From: an uncultured Methanosarcinales archaeon
GTDB taxonomy: Archaea > Nanobdellota > Nanobdellia > Woesearchaeales > GW2011-AR9
NCBI GenBank assembly: GCA_964373955.1
Contig: CAYJXA010000006.1
Span: 1,735 to 65,734, forward strand
Direction: 5' to 3'
Length of the DNA: 64,000 nt
Numbering within the stretch: the first letter of the stretch is position 1; every line of letters starts with the position of its first letter. Positions 1 through 10,075 of this stretch are shown here, piece by piece. A program made the translations under genes and the position numbers. A model generated the notes under the pieces. It saw only the letters and a program-made list of their open reading frames with translations. It had not been told where the DNA came from and searched no databases.

Positions 1-603
1 AATAATCATAAGATAGGAAGCCTGTACACTGAAAGCCGACCGCTGAAAGCTCTTGCCACTGAAACTTTTATCATTCCTCACGATACCCGCGGCTTGCCCC
101 CAGGGAATTATTGGGCGGAAGCGGTCGTGCAATACGATGAGAAAAGCAAAAAAGTGAATACTTCTTTTAAAATTGGGAATGCTAATGTTACTCTCCTGCA
201 CTATCCCCGCGTTTTGCAGCAGGGCTTTCAGGATTTTATTCTTAATGTGTCCAACAATTGGGGAAATCCTTTGAATGATGTCTATGCAAAAGTAGCTCTT
301 AATGGGCAAGAAATCCTTCAAACTCCAAGTATCCTGCTTAATCCCTGGGAAGAGGGGATGCTCCGGGGAATCGTAAAGATAGATCTTCCTCCGGGGAATT
401 ATACTGGTCTGATTTCACTTTTTTTTGAGAATGAACGAAGCGATTTCCCTGTAACTATGGAAGTTTTAATTCCTGCTTCTCCTTCCCCTCCCCTACCTAA
501 GAGAGATTATCTTTTACTAGGAAGCATACTCCTTTTAGTTATTATTGGGGTTATTGCCCTGCTTTATTTTATGCTTCAACAGAAGAAGAGAGGGGATATC
601 TAA
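1..603 (+). CDS. 5'-partial secreted surface protein; reading frame open from window start, N-glycosylation sequons, C-terminal TM helix plus KKRGD tail
   Basis: Frame 1 is open from nt 1 through the listed ORF (94..603). C-terminal hydrophobic stretch LLLGSILLLVIIGVIALLYF then basic tail. NxT/S motifs present. Confidence 0.5.
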   Translation, partial: NNHKIGSLYTESRPLKALATETFIIPHDTRGLPPGNYWAEAVVQYDEKSKKVNTSFKIGNANVTLLHYPRVLQQGFQDFILNVSNNWGNPLNDVYAKVALNGQEILQTPSILLNPWEEGMLRGIVKIDLPPGNYTGLISLFFENERSDFPVTMEVLIPASPSPPLPKRDYLLLGSILLLVIIGVIALLYFMLQQKKRGDI

Positions 604-604
604 G

Positions 605-1039
605 ATGAATCCTGTTGGAAAGAAATTTTTAGTTTATTTTTTGATCATTTTCATTATAGGCATGGCTTTATTTTCTTATGTCCAATGGAAACAATTACAA
701 TGTTCAACCGTTGACATGGTAAATGCATCAATTACCGTTCGAGCAGGGTCACTCCGCTATGTAGGGCTCAATGCAGACACGGACAGCCTTAAATTCGGCA
801 AAGTTTCTCCCGGAAGCATAGCGAGGAGATCCATACAAGTTCAATATGAGAGAGATGCCCTCGTTACAGTTTTAGTCAATGGCACCTTTGCTTCGTGGTT
901 TAGCATCAATCCAACGGAATTTTACCTTCCTGGAACTCAACGACGAGAAGTTACTTTTGATGTTGCTGTTCCAGATACCGCCACTGATGGAAATTATACT
1001 GCCGGTGTTTACTTCTGTTTTAAAGATTTAAAGAATTAA
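605..1039 (+). CDS. Membrane-anchored secreted protein (N-terminal TM or signal anchor)
   Basis: ATG at 605 is in the same frame as the listed ORF 545..1039. N-terminal hydrophobic helix FLVYFLIIFIIGMALF. No catalytic motifs. Confidence 0.45.
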   Translation: MNPVGKKFLVYFLIIFIIGMALFSYVQWKQLQCSTVDMVNASITVRAGSLRYVGLNADTDSLKFGKVSPGSIARRSIQVQYERDALVTVLVNGTFASWFSINPTEFYLPGTQRREVTFDVAVPDTATDGNYTAGVYFCFKDLKN

Positions 1040-1061
1040 AAGTTACTTTCTTTTTCAGAGA

Positions 1062-1358
1062 TTAGACATCTCCCAACTCCCGCTCAATGGTTCTGACTTT
1101 CTCCATTTTCTTGCTGATCTCAGCTAATTTGTCTTTGGCAAAATTTTTTTTCTTCAGCAAAGTTGATTCTTTTTTCATGGACAATGAAATAAGATTTCGA
1201 AGTTTTATTTCCTGGCTTTTAACAGTATCCAACTGTCGGGAAGACTCTCGTAACTTGCCTTCCAACTCTTTTTTCGAAGAACGCAAGGCAGAAAGTTCAT
1301 TTTCTAAATCCTGCAAAGCTTGCCTAAGTAAATCACGATCTTTTTTAAGATTGTTCAT
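1062..1358 (-). CDS. Small coiled-coil protein
   Basis: 98 aa with heptad-like Leu/Lys/Glu periodicity (LRQALQDLENELSALR...). Confidence 0.4.
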   Translation of the reverse strand: MNNLKKDRDLLRQALQDLENELSALRSSKKELEGKLRESSRQLDTVKSQEIKLRNLISLSMKKESTLLKKKNFAKDKLAEISKKMEKVRTIERELGDV

Positions 1359-1441
1359 GCCTCATCTCCACCTTTATTACCGTTGACCTAATATCTATGC
1401 CTATATAAATGTTTTGGGGGGGAGGTTTTCTAGGGAAAGAT

Positions 1442-2917
1442 TCATCCTTTTCGAGCAATTTCACCCTCCAGGTATGTTTTTGCTTTAAGGTAGGCGTCCT
1501 CTTTAATGTACCCCCTCTGATAACCTTCTTTGAGAAGGGAGAGTTTCCTTTGCAGAGCAGAGGTGTCAATGACCATCGGCTGGGCTTTTGGTTGGCTGGG
1601 GAGGGGAACTTTAGCTTTGGTGATAATTGCCGGGAGATGTCTGGTTCTCCTATGAAGGAGGTAGACGATAACTAAAAGAAGGGTTACTAAGACTAAAATG
1701 ATGGGAATGGAAAATAAAAAGAAGGGTTTCTGCAGGAAGGGAATGGCTAATCCTACGATTGCCGAAGGGGGTGCTTCCACTGAAAATAATTCGGTAGCAG
1801 TGGCAAAAGAATCCCCGGATAGTATTTTTAAAGAAAATAAATACTCGCCTTGCTCTAATTGTAGGGGGATAGCTTTGGAAAAGGAAACTTGTTCTTGAAG
1901 TGAAATGGCTTCTTCTTCCGTATATCGTACAGTCCCTTGGAGATCGGAAACGGAATAGACCACTGTTGCTGACCCGGGAATTAATCCTGAGATGGAGATA
2001 GTCGCCTGAAGTTCTTCTCCGGGAATAAGTGTTTTTTTATTTAGGTCTATGCTTCCATCAAAAAGAACTCTTTCTGATTCTACTTCTAACACCACCGCAA
2101 TTTTCTTGAGGAGGCTTTGTTCTCCAGATGCTCCCCGCAACGTTAGCACTCCGGTATAAATATCTGGCACTGCTTTCTGTCCTGGATTAAAGGTAAGGAT
2201 TATTATTTCTTCTTCACCTGGCGCTATGCTTACTTGTTCAGGTTCGACTTCCACTTCTGTAAGAGGATTATCGATAGTAATAGTTAATTCAACGTTTCCA
2301 TCGTTAATGATACTTATCCTCTTCTCTGCCTTCTGTGATTGTTTTACTGTTACTTTCACCGTCTTATCACTGATGATGAATGAAGGTTTTAGTTGGGGCT
2401 CTTTTTCCTCTTCTTCTGGTAAGGCAGTAACTGCTTTCGCTACTCCGCCTCCCCCACCGCCGCCGCCACCACCTCCCCCGCCTCCGGCGGGTGTTTCTTC
2501 TGCAGGGGCGGCAGATATAGTTAAAGTAAAGGTCTGAACGGAGTTAAGGGTGATGCACTCTGTAACCTGTTCTACGGTAATGGCAATGGAATGTGTTCCC
2601 ACGTCGGCAGAGGTGGGAGTGAAGCTGATATAACCGCTTTGATTGATGGCAAAGAGGGAAGTGTTATCGTAATAATTTATGCTCGTGTTCGCTCCGTAGA
2701 ACGTCGTCTCTACTTGGTATGTGAACAATGATCCAACGGTTGCAGTTTGAGCTGGGATGGAACTTATCGTCGGGGCACGACCAATGCAAATTGACGCGTT
2801 TCCAATAGTGCTTTCAGTTGCTTTCCCCGTAATAGTAGTCATGGTTAGGAAATTTAAGAAATTGATGATAACTAACGTAATAGCTAATAGTAAAATCAAG
2901 CCTCTTTTTAGGTCCAT
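1442..2917 (-). CDS. Secreted protein with signal peptide, a 14-residue poly-Gly linker, C-terminal TM helix and a SHOCT-like tail
   Basis: N-terminal hydrophobic signal sequence. G14 run encoded at about 2449-2500. TM segment LFSIPIILVLVTLLLVIVYLL. C-terminal LKEGYQRGYIKEDAYLKAKTYLEGEI resembles a SHOCT motif. Confidence 0.6.
   Translation of the reverse strand: MDLKRGLILLLAITLVIINFLNFLTMTTITGKATESTIGNASICIGRAPTISSIPAQTATVGSLFTYQVETTFYGANTSINYYDNTSLFAINQSGYISFTPTSADVGTHSIAITVEQVTECITLNSVQTFTLTISAAPAEETPAGGGGGGGGGGGGGGVAKAVTALPEEEEKEPQLKPSFIISDKTVKVTVKQSQKAEKRISIINDGNVELTITIDNPLTEVEVEPEQVSIAPGEEEIIILTFNPGQKAVPDIYTGVLTLRGASGEQSLLKKIAVVLEVESERVLFDGSIDLNKKTLIPGEELQATISISGLIPGSATVVYSVSDLQGTVRYTEEEAISLQEQVSFSKAIPLQLEQGEYLFSLKILSGDSFATATELFSVEAPPSAIVGLAIPFLQKPFFLFSIPIILVLVTLLLVIVYLLHRRTRHLPAIITKAKVPLPSQPKAQPMVIDTSALQRKLSLLKEGYQRGYIKEDAYLKAKTYLEGEIARKG
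2449..2500. repeat. GGN/CCN codon run encoding poly-Gly (antisense frame reads poly-Pro)
   Basis: ccgcctcccccaccgccgccgccaccacctcccccgcctccggc. Low-complexity, slippage-prone. Confidence 0.8.
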
Positions 2918-2974
2918 TTTGCTGGATTAAGAGAATTGCCTATAAATACTTATCTTTTTTAAAGAGGGCAAAAA

Positions 2975-2982
2975 TTTAAATA
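2975..2982 (+). promoter_or_regulatory. TATA-like box (tttaaata) about 25 nt upstream of the ATG at 3007
   Basis: AT-rich box at archaeal spacing. A second box (ctataaatac, 2939-2948) would serve the divergent minus-strand gene starting at 2917. Confidence 0.3.
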
Positions 2983-3006
2983 GCACGTCTGTTTTATCTT
3001 TTTAAA

Positions 3007-5049
3007 ATGAGGTTGATATTCCTAGCATTGTTCATTTCTATCTTAATCTTTACTTTTACGGGCCATGCTGAGGATTGGATTTCTCTCGGAGAACCTTCCC
3101 CTGATCCCCTGCGCGATGTCTATTTTGTCAATGAATACATGGGCTGGGCTGTTGGGGGTTCATTCATTGGATTCCCCCGTTTTCCATCCTCGATGATTTT
3201 GAAAACGAGTGATGGCGGAGTAACGTGGGAAACGCAGGAAGCTCCTACTGACGCTCAGCTACAGGGAGTCATCTTTTATAATTCTACTTTAGGTTGGGCA
3301 GTGGGTGATGGAATTATCCTTAACACCGTCGATGGTGGTCAGAATTGGACTGAACAGCCTATTCCTTCCGGTGCTCTGATCCAGTACAATGATATTGATC
3401 TTTATAATAGTACCACTCTTTTTGCAGTTGGAGAAAATGGTAGAATTCTTAAAACAACCAGTGGAGGTTCTCTTTGGGTTGAACAATCTTCAGGAACGGT
3501 TACTGCTCTGGAAGCCGTTGAGGTTATTACTGAGAGAGTTGTCTATGCTGTTGGTAGCGGCGGTACAGTTCTTAAGACAATTGATGGCGGAGGAGAATGG
3601 GATCAGCAGGAAGAGTTACGGTCTTCATCTGATATCCCTCTAAGTTTGAATGATATTCAATGTTTTGATGCAGATCGCTGTCGAATTGCAGCAAGTAACG
3701 ATTATATTTGTACTACTACCGATAGCGGTTCGGACTGGAATTGTTCCAGGGCAGGGGGAGTTATTGGTTTTAGCACTATGTCTTATATGAATTTTGATAC
3801 TGGTTGGATAACTGGGGGGCCTGGCGGGGATCTTCGATTTACGGAGGATGGTGGAGAAACATGGGATGTTCAAACTGCTGATGAGCCTTTCCCTTTCCAT
3901 CTTCGCTCAATTCAGGTGATGGAAACTGCATGTACGGATGCTGGATACATCGGCTATGTTGTTGGAGATGCTACCTCTGGGCCAGCAGGAGTATTTCGAT
4001 ACGGTGAACTTCCTCCCCTCTCCTGGCCGGAAGCTCCTTCTTGTGAGAATGGCACTTTGAATACGCTCCTGGATGAACATTCCTGCATTACGGGATACGA
4101 ATGCGTTGAAGAGCCTCGTTATCAAGTTATATTTCCCGATCAGAATAGAACTCTTCGAATTCCGGAATCAACGGTTAATTGTACACCCATCATTATCGAT
4201 TGTGGAAGCGGAGAAAGCCCAGATTATGATTACGATGATTATGGCTGTGCAACTGGCTATACTTGTGTGGAGACAGAAGAGAGTTGCCAAGAAAATTTAG
4301 TGGAATGTTTAGGGCCAACTGCATCGGATGCTTCCCGTGAAGAATGCGGGAGATATACATCCACTCAAGATTGTATTACCTGTTACGAGCAATACGATGA
4401 TTGCCTTGAAGAAGAGAATGAAGGACCTCGCTGTAGTGATAGTGACGGGGGGAATAATATCTATGAACAAGGTTTGCTAGACGTTTACACTCCTACGTGG
4501 GGAGCTCAACAAGTGGAGGAGTATTGTGTTGATGAGGACGGTTCCCGACAAAATTCCAGTTCCTTCGTGGAAGAATTAGTCTGCTTGGATGATGACGAGA
4601 CCTATGCATATTCGCATGCGAGAACTTCCTGTCCGGAAGGATACCTCTGTGCAGGCGGCGCTTGTGTTTACACCAGTTTTGTACTTGCTCCTGGTCAGCA
4701 ACTTTCGTTCTCACAGTTCATTGGACAAGTGCCGGGATTAGCGGAGAATGAAGTTGTGGTGGTTGTTCTGGTACGGAATGATGGTTCAAGCTCTATTGCT
4801 TCATTTAAAATTGAACAGAAAAAATTGCTGGATGTATCTGCCAGGGAACGTTCTGATTGGACTTTACGAGCTGAGGTGCGGGAAGAAACTTTACAACGCA
4901 TTGTTACGGCTCAAGATCCTGTCGCAGAAGCTTTAGGGGCTCTTGATAGCAAAGAAATTAAACTTAAAGGACGAACCGCGGGAAAAAAGATGAAGTTAGC
5001 GTTCCTGAAAATTGGATTAAAGTTAGCGGGCGTGTTTCGGTCATCATAA
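3007..5049 (+). CDS. Secreted BNR/Asp-box repeat (beta-propeller-like) protein with Cys-rich C-terminal region
   Basis: Signal peptide. Six S/T-x-D-G-G-x-T/N-W repeats (TSDGGVTWETQ, TVDGGQNWTEQ, TTSGGSLWVEQ, TIDGGGEWDQQ, TTDSGSDWNCS, TEDGGETWDVQ). Repeated C..G..C..GY.CVE motifs. Confidence 0.7.
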   Translation: MRLIFLALFISILIFTFTGHAEDWISLGEPSPDPLRDVYFVNEYMGWAVGGSFIGFPRFPSSMILKTSDGGVTWETQEAPTDAQLQGVIFYNSTLGWAVGDGIILNTVDGGQNWTEQPIPSGALIQYNDIDLYNSTTLFAVGENGRILKTTSGGSLWVEQSSGTVTALEAVEVITERVVYAVGSGGTVLKTIDGGGEWDQQEELRSSSDIPLSLNDIQCFDADRCRIAASNDYICTTTDSGSDWNCSRAGGVIGFSTMSYMNFDTGWITGGPGGDLRFTEDGGETWDVQTADEPFPFHLRSIQVMETACTDAGYIGYVVGDATSGPAGVFRYGELPPLSWPEAPSCENGTLNTLLDEHSCITGYECVEEPRYQVIFPDQNRTLRIPESTVNCTPIIIDCGSGESPDYDYDDYGCATGYTCVETEESCQENLVECLGPTASDASREECGRYTSTQDCITCYEQYDDCLEEENEGPRCSDSDGGNNIYEQGLLDVYTPTWGAQQVEEYCVDEDGSRQNSSSFVEELVCLDDDETYAYSHARTSCPEGYLCAGGACVYTSFVLAPGQQLSFSQFIGQVPGLAENEVVVVVLVRNDGSSSIASFKIEQKKLLDVSARERSDWTLRAEVREETLQRIVTAQDPVAEALGALDSKEIKLKGRTAGKKMKLAFLKIGLKLAGVFRSS

Positions 5050-5373
5050 TTCTATCCTAAATTCTTTCCCGTAATCTTTAAACCCATTTTTGAGATAGAA
5101 TTGATGAACCTTTTCCCGTTCATGCCTGCTGGTGCCAATTAATTTATAACAACCTGCTTTCTTTGCTTCTTCAATTGCTGCTTGCAGCATCCTTGCGCCT
5201 AGCCCTTGATTTCGGAATTCTTCTTCCACAAACAAGTCTTCAATGAGGGCGTAGGGTTGTTTGTGAAGATCGTTTTTGATAAAATATACCCAAATGCGGG
5301 CTATTTCTTTCTGTTCTTGCTGCAAACTAAGCCTTTTCGCGTTAGCGCTTGGTTGTTGAGTTTGGATTTCCAT
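5044..5373 (-). CDS. GNAT family N-acetyltransferase (short)
   Basis: Acetyl-CoA binding motif FRNQGLGARMLQAAIEEAKKAG. Confidence 0.55.
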   Translation of the reverse strand: MEIQTQQPSANAKRLSLQQEQKEIARIWVYFIKNDLHKQPYALIEDLFVEEEFRNQGLGARMLQAAIEEAKKAGCYKLIGTSRHEREKVHQFYLKNGFKDYGKEFRIEL

Positions 5374-5499
5374 TCTGGAGTAGTTTATGGCAGATGCATA
5401 ATATTTAAATATTCTTGTTTTTTCGCTGAAAAGGGGTGTTGAACGATTTTAGAAACGAGAATTACAAAAGAAGGCGGTACTCATCTGTGTTTAGGCTTC

Positions 5500-6096
5500 A
5501 TGCACATTATTGCTGCACTTACCGTGCTTGATGATTCCAGATATGTACGTCCGGAGCTCAAAAAGCCTGTTTCTGAACGGAAAGTTTCTCTTCTTACTCC
5601 TGGGGATTTAGAGCCCAGTCCTTTAGAACGAGAAGTTGCTCCTCTCGTAGATTTAGATATTGTAAATATAGAAGAAGGAGAACTATTGGAAGCGGATTCT
5701 CCTGATACGTCTGGCTCTCCTAGCATTCGGGTTGATTATTCTTTCCATCACGATACATTGCTTGCGGAACAATTGCATACTGGAGTATCTGTAGATTATG
5801 CTGCTTTATGGTACGGTGCAGATACGAAAGAGAAAGGTGCATTTGAATTGAAAGATGAGTATTGGGTTACTTCTGTTCCTACAAATGATACTGAAACTGA
5901 AATGTTAAGTACGGATGAAGCTCAAGCAACTTTTGTGGACATTCAATATTCTACTATTATTGGGGCGGCATCAGACGTAAATTCTACTGATCGGCGGAAG
6001 TTTGATCTTTGGATTAAATTTAACCGCGCTTTTTTTAATTTGTTTGAATCCACGTATGCCGTAACTCGGGAAGTGGATTATAAACCGTTGGCGTGA
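5500..6096 (+). CDS. Hypothetical acidic protein
   Basis: ORF only; no recognisable motif. Confidence 0.3.
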   Translation: MHIIAALTVLDDSRYVRPELKKPVSERKVSLLTPGDLEPSPLEREVAPLVDLDIVNIEEGELLEADSPDTSGSPSIRVDYSFHHDTLLAEQLHTGVSVDYAALWYGADTKEKGAFELKDEYWVTSVPTNDTETEMLSTDEAQATFVDIQYSTIIGAASDVNSTDRRKFDLWIKFNRAFFNLFESTYAVTREVDYKPLA

Positions 6097-6845
6097 GAAT
6101 TCAGCATCTCTTCTTCCATGAAATGCAATTTTCCTGGAATGATGAGGCAGTGCGGCGGCTTTCCAAAGTCTAATTTTTTTATTTTCTCCAGAGGTCCATA
6201 GCAAATAAAACAATGCTTGCTTCCGATTCTCGCGCAACCTACCACCGGAAGATCCTTTCGGATAACTTTCTCTTTCTTTCGTTCTTCAATTCTTTCCAGA
6301 ATGGAAAGGGCTTCAGCAATAGTCATGAATTTATTTTTTTCTGGTTTCAAATCGAGCAAGCAGAGCGTGTGCATTCCTAACAGCAAGTTTTCTCGAATGA
6401 TGTTGTACGGCGCTTCCAGTTGTGGAACATCCTCTAGAAAAGGAATTGAAGTTATTCGGCCAAATTTGTATAATTGCAGCCCGGTAATGCCGACTGCAGT
6501 AATGATGGATGCATTATTCACTACTTCTACTTTAATTTTATTCTCCTGTGCTTCCCGCAGCAATTCGATATGCGTGGTAGCGGAGAAAGGATCGCCAATA
6601 ACGAGAAAGGCAACTTTTTTTGTTTTTGCTTCTCGGATGATTTCAGAAAATTGTTGTTCGGTCTTCTCTCTATCGGCAAGAATTATTTTCTTTCCATAAA
6701 ACTGTTCTAGATCTGCTAAAGAACATTGCAGCAAAGAAGTATAATTCTCCAAATATACTTTGTCTGCTCTTTTGACTAATTCTAATCCCCTTACGGAAAT
6801 ATCTTTTTCATCTCCTAATCCCAAGCCGATAATGTAGAGAGTCAT
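6078..6845 (-). CDS. dph5: Diphthine synthase (diphthamide biosynthesis methyltransferase)
   Basis: N-terminus MTLYIIGLGLGDEKDISVRGLELVKRADKVYLENYTS and overall tetrapyrrole-methylase-like fold; about 255 aa. Confidence 0.85.
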   Translation of the reverse strand: MTLYIIGLGLGDEKDISVRGLELVKRADKVYLENYTSLLQCSLADLEQFYGKKIILADREKTEQQFSEIIREAKTKKVAFLVIGDPFSATTHIELLREAQENKIKVEVVNNASIITAVGITGLQLYKFGRITSIPFLEDVPQLEAPYNIIRENLLLGMHTLCLLDLKPEKNKFMTIAEALSILERIEERKKEKVIRKDLPVVGCARIGSKHCFICYGPLEKIKKLDFGKPPHCLIIPGKLHFMEEEMLNSHANGL

Positions 6846-7090
6846 TTTGGTGGTTCTTTCAAAGTATTTGCACTAGTTTTTATTTTGGTGAGCAATCGTC
6901 TGGCCCAAATTAACTCGCTGGCGAGGATGGTTAATCCCAAGGGAATGACGAGGATTGCCGGACCGGGAAGAATCAGTAATGCTACCCCTATTCCTAAGAT
7001 AGTAAAGCCTATCCCTATAACAATACCGCGCTTGGTTTTTTTAAGTAGAGGGGATGACGGGCTTTGGTTTGGGTTGGTTGGTAATTCCAT
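6842..7090 (-). CDS. PGPGW-type small transmembrane protein
   Basis: LPGPAILVIPLGLTILASELIWARRLL matches the PGPGW family signature. Confidence 0.45.
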   Translation of the reverse strand: MELPTNPNQSPSSPLLKKTKRGIVIGIGFTILGIGVALLILPGPAILVIPLGLTILASELIWARRLLTKIKTSANTLKEPPK

Positions 7091-7147
7091 GGTTGTTTAA
7101 GCTTTCTAGGCTATTTAAGGTTTGCTAAACTTTGATTGTATATCGTT

Positions 7148-7567
7148 TCACCTCAATATACTGCATAGCACTGCCCGCGGTTCTTCCCAAAGCCAGTATT
7201 GTAAAGTGTCGGTAAAGGAGTTCGTTTCTTCCTCAACATCTCCATACAAAATATGACATAATTCATGACGAACAGTTCCTCGGGAATTTCCTTTCTGTTG
7301 ATTCACGTAAACGGTATATTCTCTACCTCTCCTTTCCGTGAAAGCTAGGTATCTGGGAAGCGGCTTTAATTTCGATGCGATTTGGTAATCAGGGGGTACG
7401 TTCATCTTTTCTCGTTCTTCTTCCACTACTTCTTCTAATTGTTGCTGACTTACTATCTTCTCAGTGCAGCGAGCTACGAAAGTTCCAACGCCAAATCCTG
7501 CTCCTACCATTAGTGCTGGTAAACCAATTCCGAGGGCTGCTGCTCGAAGATATTTTTTGCTGATCAT
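7148..7567 (-). CDS. Small membrane-anchored putative zinc metallopeptidase (HExxH)
   Basis: N-terminal TM helix plus HELCH motif (TVRHELCHILYGD). Confidence 0.35.
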   Translation of the reverse strand: MISKKYLRAAALGIGLPALMVGAGFGVGTFVARCTEKIVSQQQLEEVVEEEREKMNVPPDYQIASKLKPLPRYLAFTERRGREYTVYVNQQKGNSRGTVRHELCHILYGDVEEETNSFTDTLQYWLWEEPRAVLCSILR

Positions 7568-9243
7568 TGTAATCTCTTAACCATATACGGTCCTTCCTTT
7601 TCGTACCCTAATTTTTTATAATACTCTCGAACTCCCACGCCGGAGATAACCACCATCTTCTTCTTTCCGTGATCAAGAGCAATTGCCTCTGCTTTTTGCA
7701 TTAATCTTTTTCCCCAGCCTTTATGTTGCACTACTCCTTCCTCTCCAATAGCGGTAGCAGTACCATACACATGTAATTCCCGGATTAAAGCGCTGTCTTT
7801 GGTTATTTCTTCACGCAAATTCTCGAATGGGAAACGCAAACGGCAAAATCCAAGGAGAATATCCTGTTGTGGATCCTCTGCGGCAATAAAAAATTCTTTT
7901 CCTTTAGATGCTTCGTACTCTACGACTTTAATCTGGACATCATTCCAGTTTACTTTTTTTCCCAGCGGCTCACGACAGCGGATGCATCGGCATTTTGGTT
8001 TATACTTCTCATGGATAAATTGCCGGAAATTGGTTAAGCCAACCCCAGCAGACCAATACTTGGTAGGCACATCCCGCTGGATTCGCTGAATGCGGCAGTA
8101 TTCCGGCGTGTATTCTTTAATTGGTATTAATCGTTCGGCAGCTTCATCAGTGCTAATAGGCTCAAATTTGCCTTGCTTCCATTGCGCATATAATGCTGTT
8201 CCCGGCGCAACCATGGTGGGATAAAATTTAATCATATCCGGTCGGTATTCTGAATCATCAAACAGTTGTTTCATTCCAGCGATATCTCTCTCCCCATCAG
8301 TTAGAGGAAGCCCGGGCATGTAATGGAAATTTATTTTAAATCCTAAGTCCCGAAGAATTTGAATTGACTTCTTGGAATCAGCAGCAGTATGTCCCCGATG
8401 CGTATGAGCAAGAACATCATCATAGACGGATTCAATACCCAGTTCTACTCTGGTGCAACCCTGCTTTAGCATTTCGTTTCCATGCTGAAGAAATCCCCAA
8501 TCCGGCTTTGTTTCAATGCACAGAGCAACGCAGCGTACTTTAGCAATTTCATTACGGAGCTGCTCTTCTTCCAGTGTTGTGGTTGTCTTTTGTTTTAATT
8601 GGAATAATTTTTGATGCAATCTTGCCATTCGTTCTGCATCGTGCATCTCTCCAGGAAGTTCAAAGAATTCTTTGAATTCTTCTATCTTTACATTCCCTTC
8701 TCCATCAAAAAATAAATCCGAGAAATCATTTAAAGCTTTGAATGCTCCCCAGATGAATTCTTCCTGGTATTCTTTTGCGGTGGCTGGAAAGGTTCCACCC
8801 ATAATAATGAATTCTATTTTATCAATGGTGTGGCCAAGGAGAAGATATTGCTCCAATCGGTTGAAGGTCATCAAATAAGAATCGTAATTGTTTCTGATTC
8901 CTCTCATCGTAGCAGGTTCATGTCCTGTGTACGATTGAGGCACATCTCCCCAAGGACTGGCGATGCCTCCCGGGCAAAAAACGCATTTGCCGTGAGGACA
9001 TTTGCTCGGAGCAGTCATTAACGCGACTGGAGAAACTCCCGAGATTGTCCGCACTGGTTTGGTAAGGAGTTTCTTTTTGAGTAAGGGGAGATCTTCTTTC
9101 TGTGCATGGAGCAATATTTGAATATTGGAAGGAATAACTTTCTCTTTGTATTTGAGAGAGAGCTCTCGTTTTAAGGTGGAGAATTGCTTCTCGGAAAAAT
9201 TATTTTTTTTGAGTTCAGCGATGAGATCTTGGTAAATGCCCAT
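7564..9243 (-). CDS. elp3: ELP3-like radical SAM plus GNAT tRNA uridine(34) modification enzyme
   Basis: 559 aa. Radical-SAM Cys cluster (CPHGKCVFCPGG), C-terminal GNAT domain, typical archaeal ELP3 architecture. Confidence 0.85.
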   Translation of the reverse strand: MGIYQDLIAELKKNNFSEKQFSTLKRELSLKYKEKVIPSNIQILLHAQKEDLPLLKKKLLTKPVRTISGVSPVALMTAPSKCPHGKCVFCPGGIASPWGDVPQSYTGHEPATMRGIRNNYDSYLMTFNRLEQYLLLGHTIDKIEFIIMGGTFPATAKEYQEEFIWGAFKALNDFSDLFFDGEGNVKIEEFKEFFELPGEMHDAERMARLHQKLFQLKQKTTTTLEEEQLRNEIAKVRCVALCIETKPDWGFLQHGNEMLKQGCTRVELGIESVYDDVLAHTHRGHTAADSKKSIQILRDLGFKINFHYMPGLPLTDGERDIAGMKQLFDDSEYRPDMIKFYPTMVAPGTALYAQWKQGKFEPISTDEAAERLIPIKEYTPEYCRIQRIQRDVPTKYWSAGVGLTNFRQFIHEKYKPKCRCIRCREPLGKKVNWNDVQIKVVEYEASKGKEFFIAAEDPQQDILLGFCRLRFPFENLREEITKDSALIRELHVYGTATAIGEEGVVQHKGWGKRLMQKAEAIALDHGKKKMVVISGVGVREYYKKLGYEKEGPYMVKRLQ

Positions 9244-9343
9244 TATTTTTGATTATGAGTTAGCAGTTCTTTTATTAAAGTTTTCCATAGAAATTACTAC
9301 CTTTAAATGGTTCTTTGCTGAGTATTTCATTTTTGTAGAAATC

Positions 9344-9351
9344 TTTATAAA
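9344..9351 (+). promoter_or_regulatory. TATA-like box (tttataaa) 24-31 nt upstream of the rpl21e ATG (leaderless-type spacing)
   Basis: Sequence and spacing only. Confidence 0.3.
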
Positions 9352-9374
9352 TCACCCTCAAAATAAAGCATATC

Positions 9375-9665
9375 ATGGTACAGCGCATAGGAACACAGCA
9401 GCGGAAAACCAGATACAAGCTTAAAAGGCATTATCGGGAAAAAGGAAAAATACCTCTCAGCCGCTACTTTCAGGAATTTCAACTAGGGGAGAAAGTAAGC
9501 TTAAAGCTTAATTCCATTGTGCAAAAAGGCCGTTTCCATCCTCGTTTTCATGGACTGACGGGAACAGTAACCGGAAAAAAAGGATTCTGCTATGAAGTAA
9601 AAGTGACTGATGGTCAGAAAGAAAAGCGAGTGTTTATTCATCCCATTCATCTCTTAAAGGTGTAA
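9375..9665 (+). CDS. rpl21e: 50S ribosomal protein L21e
   Basis: ...RTRYKLKRHYREKGKIPLSRYFQEF...VQKGRFHPRFHGLTGTVTG matches the L21e consensus. Confidence 0.8.
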   Translation: MVQRIGTQQRKTRYKLKRHYREKGKIPLSRYFQEFQLGEKVSLKLNSIVQKGRFHPRFHGLTGTVTGKKGFCYEVKVTDGQKEKRVFIHPIHLLKV

Positions 9666-9668
9666 GCA

Positions 9669-10016
9669 ATGCCAAACCCACAATTCATTGAGGAGAAATC
9701 TCTCTGCTTAGTCGATGTGAAAGAAACGTTAAGCGATATCGAGAAGCGGGATGGACAGTTAAATTATCTTTCTACGAAAGTAAAAGACTACGTGGATCTT
9801 TTTGTTACTTTATCTCCGAAAAAGAAAGAAGAACTTCAGAAGAAACTAATGGACTTAAATTTAACCAGGCTGCGGGAAGACCATGTCGCTAAGATAATTG
9901 ACTTCCTTCCCACAACCGTGAATGATCTTAAGATAGTTCTTCAAGCCTACCCTTTGAGTATGCCCAAAAAGGATCAGGAAAGCATTGTTCAAGTAATCCA
10001 AGAGGTTGCAAAATAA
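9669..10016 (+). CDS. rpoF: DNA-directed RNA polymerase subunit F (Rpo4/Rpb4-like)
   Basis: 115 aa in the conserved archaeal position directly after rpl21e and before a DUF655 gene; helical Rpb4-like composition. Confidence 0.5.
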   Translation: MPNPQFIEEKSLCLVDVKETLSDIEKRDGQLNYLSTKVKDYVDLFVTLSPKKKEELQKKLMDLNLTRLREDHVAKIIDFLPTTVNDLKIVLQAYPLSMPKKDQESIVQVIQEVAK

Positions 10017-10075
10017 ACCTCTTTTTCATTCTGAAAAAGCGCAATTTTTATTAACTTGAACGGAAACCTTCTCCC

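Noticed and set aside
2226-2537. ORF 2226..2537 (+) encoding a poly-Pro stretch
   Set aside because: It is antisense to the poly-Gly codon run of the 1442..2917 gene and lies entirely inside it, so it is a spurious mirror ORF.
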